Origin: Bacillota bacterium
GTDB lineage: Bacteria > Bacillota > Clostridia > Lachnospirales > Lachnospiraceae
Direction: 5' to 3'
Assembly (NCBI GenBank): GCA_023439505.1
Contig: JAEXNR010000051.1
Coordinates: forward strand, 35,367 to 99,366
Length of the DNA: 64,000 nucleotides
The stretch's first letter is position 1, and every line of letters starts with the position of its first letter. This document shows positions 36,984 to 47,921 of this stretch, in pieces. The position numbers were made by a program, and so were the translations under genes. The notes beneath the pieces are model-generated. The model was not told where the DNA came from. It saw only the letters and a program-made list of their open reading frames with translations, and made no database searches.

Positions 36984-38207
36984 TTAGAAGGTATGATTGC
37001 CTTGTTTTCTTCTCTTCGCGAATTCTGCCGTTGCTGTGAAAAGTACGTCGGTGGAGGAGTTCAGTGCTGTTTCAAAGGAATCCTGCAGTACCCCTATAAT
37101 AAAGCCGACGCCAACAACCTTCATAACAACGTCACCGGGAACACCAAACAAACTGCAGGCCAGAGGAATTAATAACAGGGAACCGCCCGCTACCCCGGAA
37201 GCGCCACAGGCACTGATCGCAGATAATAAACTCAGTATGATTGCCGTACCGATATCCACCTGAATATTCAGGGTATGAACAGCTGCAAGTGTGAGCACAG
37301 AGATGGTGACAGCCGCACCGGCCATATTAATTGTAGCGCCCAGGGGGATGGATACGGAATAAGTATCCTGATCCAGGCCTAACTTCTCGCAAAGACTCAT
37401 GTTAACCGGTATGTTAGCGGCAGAGCTTCTTGTAAAGAATGCGGTGATTCCGCTTTCTTTGATACATTTTAATACCAGGGGATAGGGATTTTTGCGAATG
37501 TTAAGATAAACGATGATTGGATTTACAACAAGAGCCACAAAAAGCATACATCCAATCAATAACATCAACAATTTCCCATAGCTTAATAAGGACCGGAGCC
37601 CATTGGTCGCGATTGAATCAAATACCAGTCCCATAATACCCAGAGGAGCCAAATTAATTACCCATTTAACAATTTGAGAAATGGCATCAGAAAAATTGGA
37701 CAGCATGGTTTTTGTCGTATCGGGTGCATTTTTTAATGCATATCCCAACAAAATGGCCCAGGTCAGAATTCCGATGTAATTGGCGTTAAACAAAGCCTTG
37801 ACCGGATTATCCACTAAATTCAGCAGCAGATTTTTCAGGACTTCGATAATTCCACCCGGAGGTGTAATCTCCTGCGCAGTTGACGCCAGGGTGAGACTGA
37901 CCGGAAAGAGAAAGCTTGCAATTACAGCGATCAATCCGGCTAAAAATGTTCCGGTCAGATAAAGTAAAATGATGGATTTCATATTCGTCTGTTGACCGGT
38001 TTTGTGCTGTGAGATTGCATTCATGACAAGAAAAAATACTAAAATAGGTGCTACCGCCTTTAGTGCGCCGACAAATAAGGTGCCAAGTATAACGATTGGT
38101 TTGGCATAACCCGGAACCGTAAGCGCGAGAATAATTCCAAGAATCATTCCAACTAAGATACGTTTTACCAAGCTTAATTGATTCCATTGTTTCATTAAAT
38201 TCCTCAT
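36984..38207 (-). CDS. sstT: Serine/threonine transporter (DAACS family)
   Basis: [66 protein letters not shown]. Confidence 0.93.
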   Translation of the reverse strand: MRNLMKQWNQLSLVKRILVGMILGIILALTVPGYAKPIVILGTLFVGALKAVAPILVFFLVMNAISQHKTGQQTNMKSIILLYLTGTFLAGLIAVIASFLFPVSLTLASTAQEITPPGGIIEVLKNLLLNLVDNPVKALFNANYIGILTWAILLGYALKNAPDTTKTMLSNFSDAISQIVKWVINLAPLGIMGLVFDSIATNGLRSLLSYGKLLMLLIGCMLFVALVVNPIIVYLNIRKNPYPLVLKCIKESGITAFFTRSSAANIPVNMSLCEKLGLDQDTYSVSIPLGATINMAGAAVTISVLTLAAVHTLNIQVDIGTAIILSLLSAISACGASGVAGGSLLLIPLACSLFGVPGDVVMKVVGVGFIIGVLQDSFETALNSSTDVLFTATAEFAKRRKQGNHTF

Positions 38208-38520
38208 GTAATAGTTCACCTCATAATTTGATTTGTTAAATAATTGCGAAGTTGTATCATTTGTATGTTTGATACACGGTGATATCCGTTCTATCGCTTT
38301 AACGTTCTTCTCTCTCTATACTGAAATAGTATTAACTGTATATACAATAGCATCAATTGTGAATTTTTGCAATGACATCTTTCTTCCAGTTTATAAGGAA
38401 TATAACTTTAATTATTTCAATCATCAAATTTTTTATACAATAAACTCAGGGTGTAACTCAGAGCTGTATTCTGTTATAATAAACTACAGATAATAAATTA
38501 CGTGATATCCATCACCCTGC

Positions 38521-38567
38521 AATTTCTGCATAATTTCTGCATAATTTCTACATAATTTCTACATAAT
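38521..38567 (+). repeat. 11-bp direct repeat x4 (AATTTCTRCAT), probable regulator binding array
   Basis: Four units at 38521, 38532, 38543, 38554, just upstream of TAATAT (38575) and the RBS. Confidence 0.8.
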
Positions 38568-38615
38568 CATCCTGTAATATGATCCGGTAAGGACATTATG
38601 AAGGAGGATCATACA

Positions 38616-39104
38616 ATGAGTAATGCAATGACACATTACATGGAACTATTGGCTGCCAATCAACCCTGGAATTTGCTTTTGTTCATGGCAATACCGGTAA
38701 TCTGTGCCGAGACACTGGCAATTACTGAACTTATCATATTATTTACCAGAAATGATAAGGGAACAGCAAAGGCAATCAGTAAAATAACAGGAATATTTGC
38801 CGGTCTTTATTTTCTGGGGGTCTTTATTTACCTGTTTATAAATGCTGTAATTCCCTTGACTTCAACCGGATCATGGAGGGGAGCAACAGATATTATTGCA
38901 GTTGGATTTTATCTGGCAGGAGTGATCCCATTTCTGGGGATTACATTACTGGAACTAAATGTGATTGGAAGGAATAAAAATGGCATCGGTAAACTAAAGC
39001 TTCACACAATTTTTGTAGGTGTTTTTCTCGTTGTTGCGCATATAGCAATGATTTTTGGTATGCTTAATCCGGAATTATTTACAATAAGCAGTGGTGGAAT
39101 GTAA
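38616..39104 (+). CDS. 4-TM membrane protein (DUF6803-like)
   Basis: MTHYMELLA.NQPWNL..FMAIPV..AET; H..FV..FLV.AHIAMIFGM. Confidence 0.7.
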   Translation: MSNAMTHYMELLAANQPWNLLLFMAIPVICAETLAITELIILFTRNDKGTAKAISKITGIFAGLYFLGVFIYLFINAVIPLTSTGSWRGATDIIAVGFYLAGVIPFLGITLLELNVIGRNKNGIGKLKLHTIFVGVFLVVAHIAMIFGMLNPELFTISSGGM

Positions 39105-39122
39105 GATCGGAAAGGACAATCT

Positions 39123-39512
39123 ATGGAAGATAAGAAAGTGAGTTACCAGACAGTAGATGATTATATCATGCAGTGTACACCTGAAATTCAGAATATCCTT
39201 CAAAATATTAGAAATGTGATCAAAGAGGAGGCACCTGAGGTCAAGGAAAAGATCAGTTATCAGATGCCGACCTTTATATTTCATGGTATTTTGGTTCACT
39301 TTGCTGCGTATCAAAAACATATCGGATTTTATCCTGCACCAAGCGGGATCGAACAATTTGAGCAGGATTTAGCTGAGTATAAACATGCAAAAGGTTCGAT
39401 ACAATTTCCACTTCATAAACCAATTCCATATGATTTGATCAGAAGGATCGTAAGATTCCGGGTATCGGAAAACCTGCAAATATCTCAGGAGAACCCTAAG
39501 AGTAAGAAATAG
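39123..39512 (+). CDS. DUF1801/YdhG-like protein
   Basis: TVDDYI, EKISYQMPTF, HFAAY.KHIGFYP, KGSIQFP...PIP.DLI. Confidence 0.88.
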   Translation: MEDKKVSYQTVDDYIMQCTPEIQNILQNIRNVIKEEAPEVKEKISYQMPTFIFHGILVHFAAYQKHIGFYPAPSGIEQFEQDLAEYKHAKGSIQFPLHKPIPYDLIRRIVRFRVSENLQISQENPKSKK

Positions 39513-39524
39513 CTGAAGAGAATT

Positions 39525-39712
39525 AATAAAAGCAAACAATAAAAGCAAACAATAAAAGCAAACATTATAATGTAAACATAATAAAGCAGATGGAATAAAA
39601 CTCACATATGAAAGCAAACACATGAAAGCAAAATGAAATAATGCAAAACAAAGTATGAACAGAATAAAGTATGAACAGAATAAAGTATGCACAGAATAAA
39701 GGCAAATTGAAT
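39525..39712. repeat. A-rich compound minisatellite (13-bp x3, degenerate units, 16-bp x3)
   Basis: AATAAAAGCAAAC x3 at 39525-39563; AAAGTATG(A/C)ACAGAAT x3 at 39650-39697. Confidence 0.85.
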
Positions 39713-39744
39713 AAAACTTCGGGTAAGATAACCCGAAGTTTTTT
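39713..39744. terminator. Bidirectional terminator
   Basis: AAAACTTCGGGT-AAGATA-ACCCGAAGTTTTTT. Confidence 0.85.
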
Positions 39745-39782
39745 AATGAAGAAAAAGCTTGTCAGATTTAATTAAAGTCAGG

Positions 39783-40223
39783 CTAATCATTATCTTCGTT
39801 ATAGGAATAATAGAATTTTCTGCCGCTTTCTTCTGAAAATTCCAGTTCTATCAAGAAGTCAGGAAGCCGAAGAGATTTCACTGTACCGATACTAAAAAGG
39901 AATAGATGGAAATAATATTCCACTGCAGCGATTAAGAATCCAAAAATAATATAGTGAAAGAGTTGATCGGGTTGGCGATATAGAAACGTGTCAATCATAA
40001 AAGTAACACCAACAGAGACAAATCCGTCAATCAAAGCTGCTGTCAGATTGCTTAATTTCGGCAGTAAGCGGAAATCAATTATCACAGAATTAAAGATGAT
40101 CACCTCAGTTGTTAGCAAAAGAAGTTGAGCAAAGGAACGATGCGATAACAATGAAAACACAATGAACACAGCGCCGGATGTAAGAATAACTTTTGTGGCT
40201 AAGATGGATAATAATTTCCTCAT
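39783..40223 (-). CDS. DUF2512/YndM-like membrane protein
   Basis: 4 TM segments; D...LP...N..A...D, E.YFH and C-terminal E.SEE; start at ATG 40223. Confidence 0.6.
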   Translation of the reverse strand: MRKLLSILATKVILTSGAVFIVFSLLSHRSFAQLLLLTTEVIIFNSVIIDFRLLPKLSNLTAALIDGFVSVGVTFMIDTFLYRQPDQLFHYIIFGFLIAAVEYYFHLFLFSIGTVKSLRLPDFLIELEFSEESGRKFYYSYNEDND

Positions 40224-40416
40224 GTGAATGGTCCCTTTCTTAATATAATTATTTAGTATTTTAGCCGGAAACAAGAAATATAATTCTTAGAATTTAATCA
40301 TTTGTTAATAAACATTTTATTTATATTTCTTGCATTCAATATTCGTATCGTAGTAAAATAAGAAAGTATCTTTGAGTTCATGAAATGATACGCATGATTT
40401 TGAAAGGCGCAAATGA

Positions 40417-41028
40417 ATGATAAAAAATATTATTTTTGATTTAGGTAACGTATTAATCTCCTTTCAGCCGAAAGAATATTTTACTAAGATCTTTCTTAAT
40501 GAGGCACGGGCTGTGGCAATGATCAATTGTGTGTTTAAGCATAAGTACTGGTCCGACCTTGATAAAGGAATTTTGACGGAAGAAGAGGCCACGGAATTGT
40601 TCTGCCAGGATGCACCCCACCTGGAAAGTGACATTCGACAGGGCATGAGGATGTGGAAGGATATGCTGGTGCCGATTCCTGAAACTGTTCATATTTTAGA
40701 AGAGTTGAAAGAAGCAGGATATCAACTTTTTGTATTGTCCAATTATCCAAGGGAAGCATTTGAACGAACAAGTTCCGGGAATGATTTTTTCAACCTGTTT
40801 GACGGAACAGTTATCTCCTATACCGTTGGAATGACAAAGCCGCAAAAAGAAATTTATGAATATCTGCTTCAAAGATATGCTTTAACAGCACAAGAGACTT
40901 TGTTTATCGATGATTTGGAAGAAAATATCATGGGCGCTGAGAAGTTAAACATACATACGATCTTATTTCGAAGTTCCAATCAGCTTGGCACCTACATAAG
41001 GGAATATCTGAAACAAGAAATAAACTAA
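40417..41028 (+). CDS. HAD-superfamily phosphatase (YihX-like)
   Basis: IFDLGNVL, LSN, KP..EIY, FIDD..EN..GA. Confidence 0.9.
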   Translation: MIKNIIFDLGNVLISFQPKEYFTKIFLNEARAVAMINCVFKHKYWSDLDKGILTEEEATELFCQDAPHLESDIRQGMRMWKDMLVPIPETVHILEELKEAGYQLFVLSNYPREAFERTSSGNDFFNLFDGTVISYTVGMTKPQKEIYEYLLQRYALTAQETLFIDDLEENIMGAEKLNIHTILFRSSNQLGTYIREYLKQEIN

Positions 41029-41047
41029 ATTAAGTTAGGAAGAATAC

Positions 41048-41887
41048 ATGTTTGGATATGTAACAATCTATAAACCGGAACTTAAGATGAAGGACTTCTA
41101 TCAATATAAGGCTTATTACTGCGGTCTATGCAAGACGTTAAAAGAACGCTATGGACGGTTTGGTCAGATGACGTTGACATATGACCTGACATTTCTTATT
41201 ATATTATTGACGTCCCTGTACGAACGGGAATTGACCAGAGAAGGACATCACTGTATCATACATCCCTTAAAGAAGCATGAAATGGTATGGAATGAAATCA
41301 GTGAGTACGCCGCCGATATGAATATTGCATTGACCTATCATCATTTTCTGGATGATTGGGAGGATGAAAAGAATCTATCGGGGTTTCTTGGAACTTTCGT
41401 ACTAAGACATAAATATAAACGAATTTACAAACAATATCCAAGACAATGCGAGAAAATTGTAGAATGTTTGAAAACCCTGCAGGTCTGTGAGAAAAATGAG
41501 GAATCAAATCTGGATCAGGTATCCCGAAGCTTTGGGGAATTGATGGCTGAGTTGTTTGTTTTCCGGCAGGATCAGTGGGAAGAGCCCTTGCGCAGATTAG
41601 GTTTTTTTCTGGGAAAATTCATTTATTTTATGGATGCGTATGAAGACCTTGAGAAAGACAAAAAAAAAGGAAACTATAACCCATTAAAATCATTAGCCAA
41701 AAAGGAATCCTACGAAGCGGATTGTGAGAATATACTGGTAATGATGATGGCCGAATGCACCAGTGCGTTTGAGAAATTACCCTGCCTGTTACATGGGGAT
41801 ATTCTGAAGAATATTCTGTATGAAGGAGTCTGGGTGAAATATGACAAGATACAAACAGAGAAGAAAGAAAGAGGGACAAACGTATGA
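41048..41887 (+). CDS. DUF5685-family protein
   Basis: MFGYV...KPEL, Y.AYYCGLC..L...YG, LTYD.TF, DDW.DE, LGKFIY..DA.ED...D.K...YNP. Confidence 0.8.
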   Translation: MFGYVTIYKPELKMKDFYQYKAYYCGLCKTLKERYGRFGQMTLTYDLTFLIILLTSLYERELTREGHHCIIHPLKKHEMVWNEISEYAADMNIALTYHHFLDDWEDEKNLSGFLGTFVLRHKYKRIYKQYPRQCEKIVECLKTLQVCEKNEESNLDQVSRSFGELMAELFVFRQDQWEEPLRRLGFFLGKFIYFMDAYEDLEKDKKKGNYNPLKSLAKKESYEADCENILVMMMAECTSAFEKLPCLLHGDILKNILYEGVWVKYDKIQTEKKERGTNV

Positions 41888-42501
41888 TAGATCCGTATAA
41901 AGTACTGGGCATATCGCCAAGTGCATCCAATGATGAGATAAAAAAAGCATTCAGGGAATTAAGCAGAAAATATCATCCTGATTCCTATATCGACAACCCC
42001 CTGGCCGGTTTGGCGGAGGAAAAGTTTAAAGAAGTTCAGGAAGCCTACGAGCTAATCATGAAGGAACGAGAACGCGGCGGTACTTACGGCGGATATCAGT
42101 ATGGTCAGGGATATGGTTCAGGTAATGCAGGAGATAATTCCCCGGAATTAAATGACGTATATCAGCATATTAATGCAAGGCATTATAATGAAGCACTTCA
42201 TATTCTTTCCAGGGTTTCTTATAAAAATGCAAGATGGTATTATTATAGTGCGGTTGCGAATGCAGGCATCGGAAATAATATTGAAGCCTTAAACCATGCG
42301 CAGCAGGCAGTATCAATGGAACCGGCAAATCCGGAATATTCAAATTTCTTGAATCAGCTGCAGTGGAGAAATCAAAGGTATCAGAATACCAGTTATAACA
42401 ATGGCAGGCCAAGATATGGTACGGGGAATTTATGTTGTGATTTATGGTGTGCGGATTCCTTATGTGAATGTATGGGAGGAGATCTTTGTTCATGCTTTTA
42501 A
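41884..42501 (+). CDS. J-domain protein with TPR-like middle and Cys-rich C-terminal tail
   Basis: [34 protein letters not shown]. Confidence 0.88.
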   Translation: MIDPYKVLGISPSASNDEIKKAFRELSRKYHPDSYIDNPLAGLAEEKFKEVQEAYELIMKERERGGTYGGYQYGQGYGSGNAGDNSPELNDVYQHINARHYNEALHILSRVSYKNARWYYYSAVANAGIGNNIEALNHAQQAVSMEPANPEYSNFLNQLQWRNQRYQNTSYNNGRPRYGTGNLCCDLWCADSLCECMGGDLCSCF

Positions 42502-43025
42502 ATGCAAAAAAGTTGGCTTTTTTGGGACTATTGTTAGCTTTTGCAGATTTACTGATTATATTTAGCGGCATCCTGGAATTCAACACACTATTCCTGTTGG
42601 CAGCTGCATCCTTTTGCGTGGGCATTGCCATCAGGGAGACCGATATCCGAATTGGCTTTGGGTTTTATCTTGCCTGCATTTTCATTGGTATTATGCTGGC
42701 TCCCAATAAACTTTATTGCATTACCTTTGCTGCCATGGGATTATACCTGGTGCTGATGGAATATTCCTGGGGCAAGGTGATCGGACGAAGATCTGTAAAA
42801 GACAAAACAAAAGTATTCTGGATGGTAAAGTACCTTATTTTTAATCTTATTTTTATACCCATGATACTATTTTTCCCTAAGTTGATTTATCAGGGCAGTA
42901 TTAGTCCTTTCATATTACTTTTGATGATAATAGGGGGGCAGGTTGCTCTATATCTCTATGATTATGCCTACCATTACTTTCAAAGTGTAATCTGGGGTAA
43001 GCTGCGGATGATTTTAAAATTATAG
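42492..43025 (+). CDS. Hypothetical multi-pass membrane protein
   Basis: Hydrophobic ORF overlapping the J-domain gene; AKKLA..GLL.A N-terminus. Confidence 0.7.
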   Translation: MLLNAKKLAFLGLLLAFADLLIIFSGILEFNTLFLLAAASFCVGIAIRETDIRIGFGFYLACIFIGIMLAPNKLYCITFAAMGLYLVLMEYSWGKVIGRRSVKDKTKVFWMVKYLIFNLIFIPMILFFPKLIYQGSISPFILLLMIIGGQVALYLYDYAYHYFQSVIWGKLRMILKL

Positions 43026-43060
43026 AAGCTGAGAAAGAATAAACACATAGTAGTCGAATG

Positions 43061-43102
43061 AATGCTGTTCCTGCAATTATGAATAGGAGCAGTATTTTTT
43101 TT
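43061..43102 (+). terminator. Intrinsic terminator
   Basis: AATGCTGTTCCTG-loop-TAGGAGCAGTATTTTTTTT. Confidence 0.75.
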
Positions 43103-43156
43103 GTGTAATTTGTATAATTATATCATCATTTGCTATGAAATCTTTTACGAGACTCA

Positions 43157-43185
43157 TTGTAAAGCAAAATATCGAGTGATATAAT
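43157..43185 (+). promoter_or_regulatory. SigA promoter of the ech operon
   Basis: TTGTAA-17-TATAAT with extended TG. Confidence 0.65.
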
Positions 43186-43232
43186 AATCTGTTGTAAAAA
43201 GAAAAAATGAAGATTCAGGGAGATAAAATGTT

Positions 43233-45143
43233 ATGAATGCGATTTCGTTATTAATTTTATTCCCGTTTGCTGCTGCAATTATATTGTATGTAGTGAGAAA
43301 GGACAGCGCAAGGAATATGATTGCCAGGATTTGCGCTTTCATTACAGCCGGTTTAACCATTTTTGTTGTCGGCAGATATTTTAACAGCGGATTGTCATAT
43401 TCCTATTCACAGGAAGAGACTATGAACGTTGTCATGATGATAATAGAAGTAGGATTAGCCTGTTATATCATTACCTCAGGAATTATTTATAAAAAATTCA
43501 TTGTATCGATCTTTTCTGCCCTGCAGACTTCGGTAATGCTATGGTTTGAATTCACACAGAAATCACATATTGAAGTACAGACCAGTATAATACTGGACAG
43601 GCTTTCAGCGATTATGGTTCTGATTGTCGGAATTGTGGGAAGTCTGATCTGCGTATATGCCGTAGGGTATATGAAATGGTATCATGTTCACCATGATACA
43701 TATCCGGAAAGAAAGTCATTCTTTTTTTCCGTATTATTTTTATTCCTTTCTGCCATGTTTGGGTTAGTACTCAGTAATAATCTGACCTGGATCTACTTCT
43801 GCTGGGAGATGACAACCTTTTGTTCCTTCCTCCTTATTGGATATACGAAAACAGAGGAAGCTAACAGGAACGCTTTTCGCGCCCTTGCAATCAATTTGGG
43901 CGGAGGACTGGCATTTACTGCCGCAATTATTTTTCTCGGAATGAGATTTCACACATTGGAACTATCCGCTCTGATTCATATGAAACCTGAGGCGGTTGTC
44001 CTCGTACCTGTATTTTTATTATCATTTGCGGCACTTACCAAATCGGCACAACTTCCGTTTTCTTCCTGGCTGCTGGGAGCCATGGTGGCTCCTACCCCTA
44101 CCTCAGCCTTACTTCATTCCGCTACAATGGTAAAAGCCGGGGTGTATCTGATGATAAGACTTGCTCCGCTGCTTGGTCCTACGTCAGTGGGCAGAGCAGT
44201 TGCCTTTGTGGGAAGTGTTACATTTCTTGCCTGTTCTTTAATTGCCATATCCCAAAAAGATGCGAAGAAAATTTTGGCCTACTCAACACTTGCTAATTTG
44301 GGTCTGATCGTTATATGTGCCAGTGTAGGCACGGAGGAATCCATATGGGCGGCTATTCTTATGATTATCTTCCATGCAGTTTCAAAATCGCTGCTTTTTA
44401 TCAGTGTCGGTTCCATTGAACATCAGATCGGCAGCAGGAATGTTGAGAATATGGATGTTCTTTTGAATGTATCGAGAAGATTATCCCTGTATATGATGAT
44501 TGGCATTGCCGGGATGTTCCTGGCGCCTTTCGGGATGTTAATTTCTAAATGGGTGGCAATGAAGGCCTTTATCGATTCCAATAATATAATTATCGTGATC
44601 ATACTTGCGTATGGAAGTGCGGCTACCCTATTTTATTGGACCAAATGGTTGGGTAAGATCGTCTCCAATGCCAGTGTGAAAAAGAGAGAAAAACATACCT
44701 TTCATTTGGATGAGGAGATACCAATCGCTATCCATGCCATATTAGTGGTGGTTTCCTGCTTTGGGTTTCCCCTTATTTCAAAATATGAATTAATTCCCTA
44801 TCTAATCAGTGTATTTGGGGAAAGCGGTGCCATTCCGATTGCTTCCAATGATGTAAAGCTTATGATTCTTATGTTGGGTATGCTTTTAATTCTGCCCATC
44901 AGTTTTATCCCGATTTATAAAAATGATAAGAGAAGAAGGGTTCCGATTTATATGGCAGGTGAAAATACCGGCGACAATCGAACGTTTCACGGTTCACTTG
45001 GTACAACGCGCAAGGTTGAGCTAAGTAACTGGTATATGGAAGGCTATTTTGGAGCCGAAAAACTGACTTTGTGGAGCAATATCATTTCCCTTGTTATCCT
45101 GTTTACCGGAGCTGTATTTCTGATTGGAGGCATCGTAAGGTAA
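43233..45143 (+). CDS. echA: Energy-converting [NiFe] hydrogenase antiporter-like subunit (NuoL-like)
   Basis: WE.TTFCSFLLIGY, KSAQ.PF..WL.GAMVAPTP.SALLHS.TMVKAG; operon context. Confidence 0.92.
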   Translation: MNAISLLILFPFAAAIILYVVRKDSARNMIARICAFITAGLTIFVVGRYFNSGLSYSYSQEETMNVVMMIIEVGLACYIITSGIIYKKFIVSIFSALQTSVMLWFEFTQKSHIEVQTSIILDRLSAIMVLIVGIVGSLICVYAVGYMKWYHVHHDTYPERKSFFFSVLFLFLSAMFGLVLSNNLTWIYFCWEMTTFCSFLLIGYTKTEEANRNAFRALAINLGGGLAFTAAIIFLGMRFHTLELSALIHMKPEAVVLVPVFLLSFAALTKSAQLPFSSWLLGAMVAPTPTSALLHSATMVKAGVYLMIRLAPLLGPTSVGRAVAFVGSVTFLACSLIAISQKDAKKILAYSTLANLGLIVICASVGTEESIWAAILMIIFHAVSKSLLFISVGSIEHQIGSRNVENMDVLLNVSRRLSLYMMIGIAGMFLAPFGMLISKWVAMKAFIDSNNIIIVIILAYGSAATLFYWTKWLGKIVSNASVKKREKHTFHLDEEIPIAIHAILVVVSCFGFPLISKYELIPYLISVFGESGAIPIASNDVKLMILMLGMLLILPISFIPIYKNDKRRRVPIYMAGENTGDNRTFHGSLGTTRKVELSNWYMEGYFGAEKLTLWSNIISLVILFTGAVFLIGGIVR

Positions 45144-46009
45144 TGTTGACTTATTGTTTTATTATTGTTGGAATTGTAATTATAACTCCGTTTATTGGCG
45201 GTATCTTGTCGGGTATTGATCGGGTGATTACCGCCAGAATGCAGGGGCGGCAAGGTCCGCCGGTTTTGCAGCCCTTTTATGATGTAAGGAAGCTTCTTCA
45301 AAAAGAGGCAATAGAAGTAAATACCATGCATCGGTTCTTTGTCTATATATCCCTGGTATTTGTAATTCTTACGGCAGTGATTCTTCTGTCAGGAGGAGAT
45401 ATTTTGCTGGCGATTTTTGCTCTGACGCTGGGATCTATTTTCTTTATCCTTGGAGGATATGCTTCTAATTCACCCTATAGCAATATAGGTTCGGAAAGAG
45501 AATTATTGCAAATGATGGCATATGAGGCAATGATCTTAATGATGGCGGTGGGGTTGTATTATGCGGATCACAGCTTTTTTATCAAAGATATCATTTCATG
45601 CCCTGTCCCTGCCATATGCTATCTGCCGGGAATCTTTTTGGGTTTCATCTATATTCTCACCTACAAACTTAGAAAATCTCCTTTTGATTTCAGTATGTCT
45701 CATCATGGTCATCAGGAAATTGTAAAAGGAATAACAACAGAATATTCGGGTAAGGATCTTGCGGTGATCGAAATCATTCATTGGTATGAAACGGTGATAG
45801 CACTGAGCTTCGTTTATGTCTTTTTTGCGACTGCTGCACCCATCAGTCACATATTGGCCGTCATGGTCTGCGTGCTTGCATATTTATTTGAGATTGTTCT
45901 AGATAACAGCTTTGCCAGGTTAAAATGGCAGCTTGCACTGAAATCAACCTGGATAATTACAGGCATCCTGGGAACAGTTAATCTGGCTTTATTATCCTAT
46001 TTTAGATAA
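45143..46009 (+). CDS. echB: Ech membrane subunit (NuoH-like)
   Basis: DR.ITARMQGRQGPP.LQPFYD, KSPFD.S.SHH.HQE..KG.TTE.SG. Confidence 0.92.
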   Translation: MLTYCFIIVGIVIITPFIGGILSGIDRVITARMQGRQGPPVLQPFYDVRKLLQKEAIEVNTMHRFFVYISLVFVILTAVILLSGGDILLAIFALTLGSIFFILGGYASNSPYSNIGSERELLQMMAYEAMILMMAVGLYYADHSFFIKDIISCPVPAICYLPGIFLGFIYILTYKLRKSPFDFSMSHHGHQEIVKGITTEYSGKDLAVIEIIHWYETVIALSFVYVFFATAAPISHILAVMVCVLAYLFEIVLDNSFARLKWQLALKSTWIITGILGTVNLALLSYFR

Positions 46010-46051
46010 GCGCAGTGAAATGGTGCGGTTGAACGCAGAAATGAGGGAACG

Positions 46052-46477
46052 ATGAATTACATTAAAAAATCACCATGGATTTTACATTATGATGGATCCA
46101 GCTGTAATGGTTGTGACATTGAGGTACTGGCTTGTCTTACACCCTTATATGATGTGGAACGTTTTGGAATTATCAATACGGGGAATCCGAAGCATGCGGA
46201 CCTATTGCTGATTACCGGAAGCGTGAATGAACAGAATATACCTGTAGTGAAACAACTGTACGAACAGATGCCGGAGCCCAAAGCGGTTGTGGCAGTAGGC
46301 ATATGTGCGACCTCGGGCGGAATTTTCGCGGAATGCTACAATGTGGTTGGCGGGGTGGATAAAGTATTGCCTGTGGATGTCTATGTTCCCGGATGTGCGG
46401 CACGTCCGGAAGCCATCATTGACGGAGTCATGAAGGGTCTTGCGGTATTGGAAGAAAAGAAAAGAACGGTAAGGTGA
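46052..46477 (+). CDS. echC: Ech small subunit (NuoB-like)
   Basis: SCNGCDIE, NPKHAD, VG.CA.SGG, YVPGC..RPE. Confidence 0.95.
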   Translation: MNYIKKSPWILHYDGSSCNGCDIEVLACLTPLYDVERFGIINTGNPKHADLLLITGSVNEQNIPVVKQLYEQMPEPKAVVAVGICATSGGIFAECYNVVGGVDKVLPVDVYVPGCAARPEAIIDGVMKGLAVLEEKKRTVR

Positions 46478-46483
46478 GTAAGA

Positions 46484-46834
46484 ATGGAACAGCAGATAAT
46501 AAAGATGATTGAACCCGGTGATTTGCTGAATGAAACACTTCAATTGAAAAGCAATGGTTATCGATTGGTCGCAATTACCTGTACGAGCAAAGACGGATTA
46601 GAGATGAGTTATTCCTTTGACAAAGACTATAATTTTATCAACCTGAGATTTGTTGCAGATTCAGAGACTGAGATAGAGAGCATCAGTGCCTTTTATTCCT
46701 ATTCATTTTTATATGAAAATGAAATTAAGGAACTGTTTGGAGCAAAGATTAACAATATATCCCTGGATTTTCATAATACCCTGTATCAAATTCCCGTGAC
46801 AACACCATTTCATCAGATAAAGGAGGGAGAATAA
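46484..46834 (+). CDS. echD: Ech NuoC-like subunit
   Basis: GYRLV.I.C, YSF, SIS..Y...FLYENEI.ELFG. Confidence 0.9.
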   Translation: MEQQIIKMIEPGDLLNETLQLKSNGYRLVAITCTSKDGLEMSYSFDKDYNFINLRFVADSETEIESISAFYSYSFLYENEIKELFGAKINNISLDFHNTLYQIPVTTPFHQIKEGE

Positions 46835-47913
46835 TGGGAAAACGAACGGTAATTCCCTTTGGTCCCCAGCATCCGGTACTGCCGGAACCGATTCATCTGG
46901 ATCTGGTGTTAGAGGATGAGGTAGTCCTGGAAGCAATTCCAAGGATCGGATATATTCATCGGGGGCTGGAGAAACTGGTAGAGAAAAAGGATTATCAGCA
47001 ATTTACCTATGTGGCCGAAAGAATCTGCGGTATCTGCTCCTTTATGCATGGGATGGGATATTGTATGTCCATAGAACATATCATGGGTGTGCAGATACCG
47101 GAAAGAGCGCAGGTGCTGAGAACCATCTGGGCTGAATTATCCCGTATTCACAGCCATTTGTTATGGCTTGGCCTACTCGCGGACGGGTTTGGTTTCGAGA
47201 GCTTGTTTATGCATTCCTGGAGGCTTCGGGAGAAGATTCTGGATATCTTTGAAGAGACAACCGGAGGAAGAATTATTTTCTCCGTATGTGACATAGGAGG
47301 AGTACGAAAGGATATTGATGCCAGGACTTTGAAGAAGATATCGGTGGTATTGTCTGAAATGCAACAGGAATTGCATGAAATTACTCAGGTGTTTCTCAAT
47401 GATTATTCCGTGAAATACCGGACGAAAGGAATTGGTGTATTATCGAAACAGGCAGCCTTTGATTTGGGGGCCGTAGGGCCCATGGCAAGAGCAAGCGGCA
47501 TCGATATGGATATACGTACTCTGGGATATGCGGCTTACAGTCAATTAAAGGTTGAGCCGGTCACAGCGGTGGAGGGCGACTGCTATGCAAGAACCTCCGT
47601 CCGGATCAGAGAGATATTCCAGTCCTTGGATTTAATCAAACAATGTATAGCGGTGATTCCGGAAGGCGAAATCAAGGTAAAAGTAACCGGTAATCCAAAC
47701 GGGGAACATTTTACCCGGCTGGAGCAGCCCAGAGGAGAGGTCGTGTATTATGCAAAAGGAAATGGATCTAGATATCTGGACAGGGTAAGAGTAAGAACGC
47801 CTACCTTTGCGAATATACCGGCACTTCTTGAGACTTTAAAGGGCGCTACTTTGGCCGATGTTCCCATATTAATCCTTACCATTGACCCCTGTATCAGTTG
47901 TACAGAACGGTAG
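46834..47913 (+). CDS. echE: Ech large [NiFe] subunit
   Basis: GPQHP.LPEP, ERICGICS (L1), DPCISCTER-stop (L2, no cleavable extension). Confidence 0.96.
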   Translation: MGKRTVIPFGPQHPVLPEPIHLDLVLEDEVVLEAIPRIGYIHRGLEKLVEKKDYQQFTYVAERICGICSFMHGMGYCMSIEHIMGVQIPERAQVLRTIWAELSRIHSHLLWLGLLADGFGFESLFMHSWRLREKILDIFEETTGGRIIFSVCDIGGVRKDIDARTLKKISVVLSEMQQELHEITQVFLNDYSVKYRTKGIGVLSKQAAFDLGAVGPMARASGIDMDIRTLGYAAYSQLKVEPVTAVEGDCYARTSVRIREIFQSLDLIKQCIAVIPEGEIKVKVTGNPNGEHFTRLEQPRGEVVYYAKGNGSRYLDRVRVRTPTFANIPALLETLKGATLADVPILILTIDPCISCTER

Positions 47914-47921
47914 GAAGCAGG

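Noticed and set aside
38441..38480. MerR-type operator CTCAGGGT-GTA-ACTCAGAG
   Set aside because: Imperfect palindrome, poor -35 and no MerR gene nearby.
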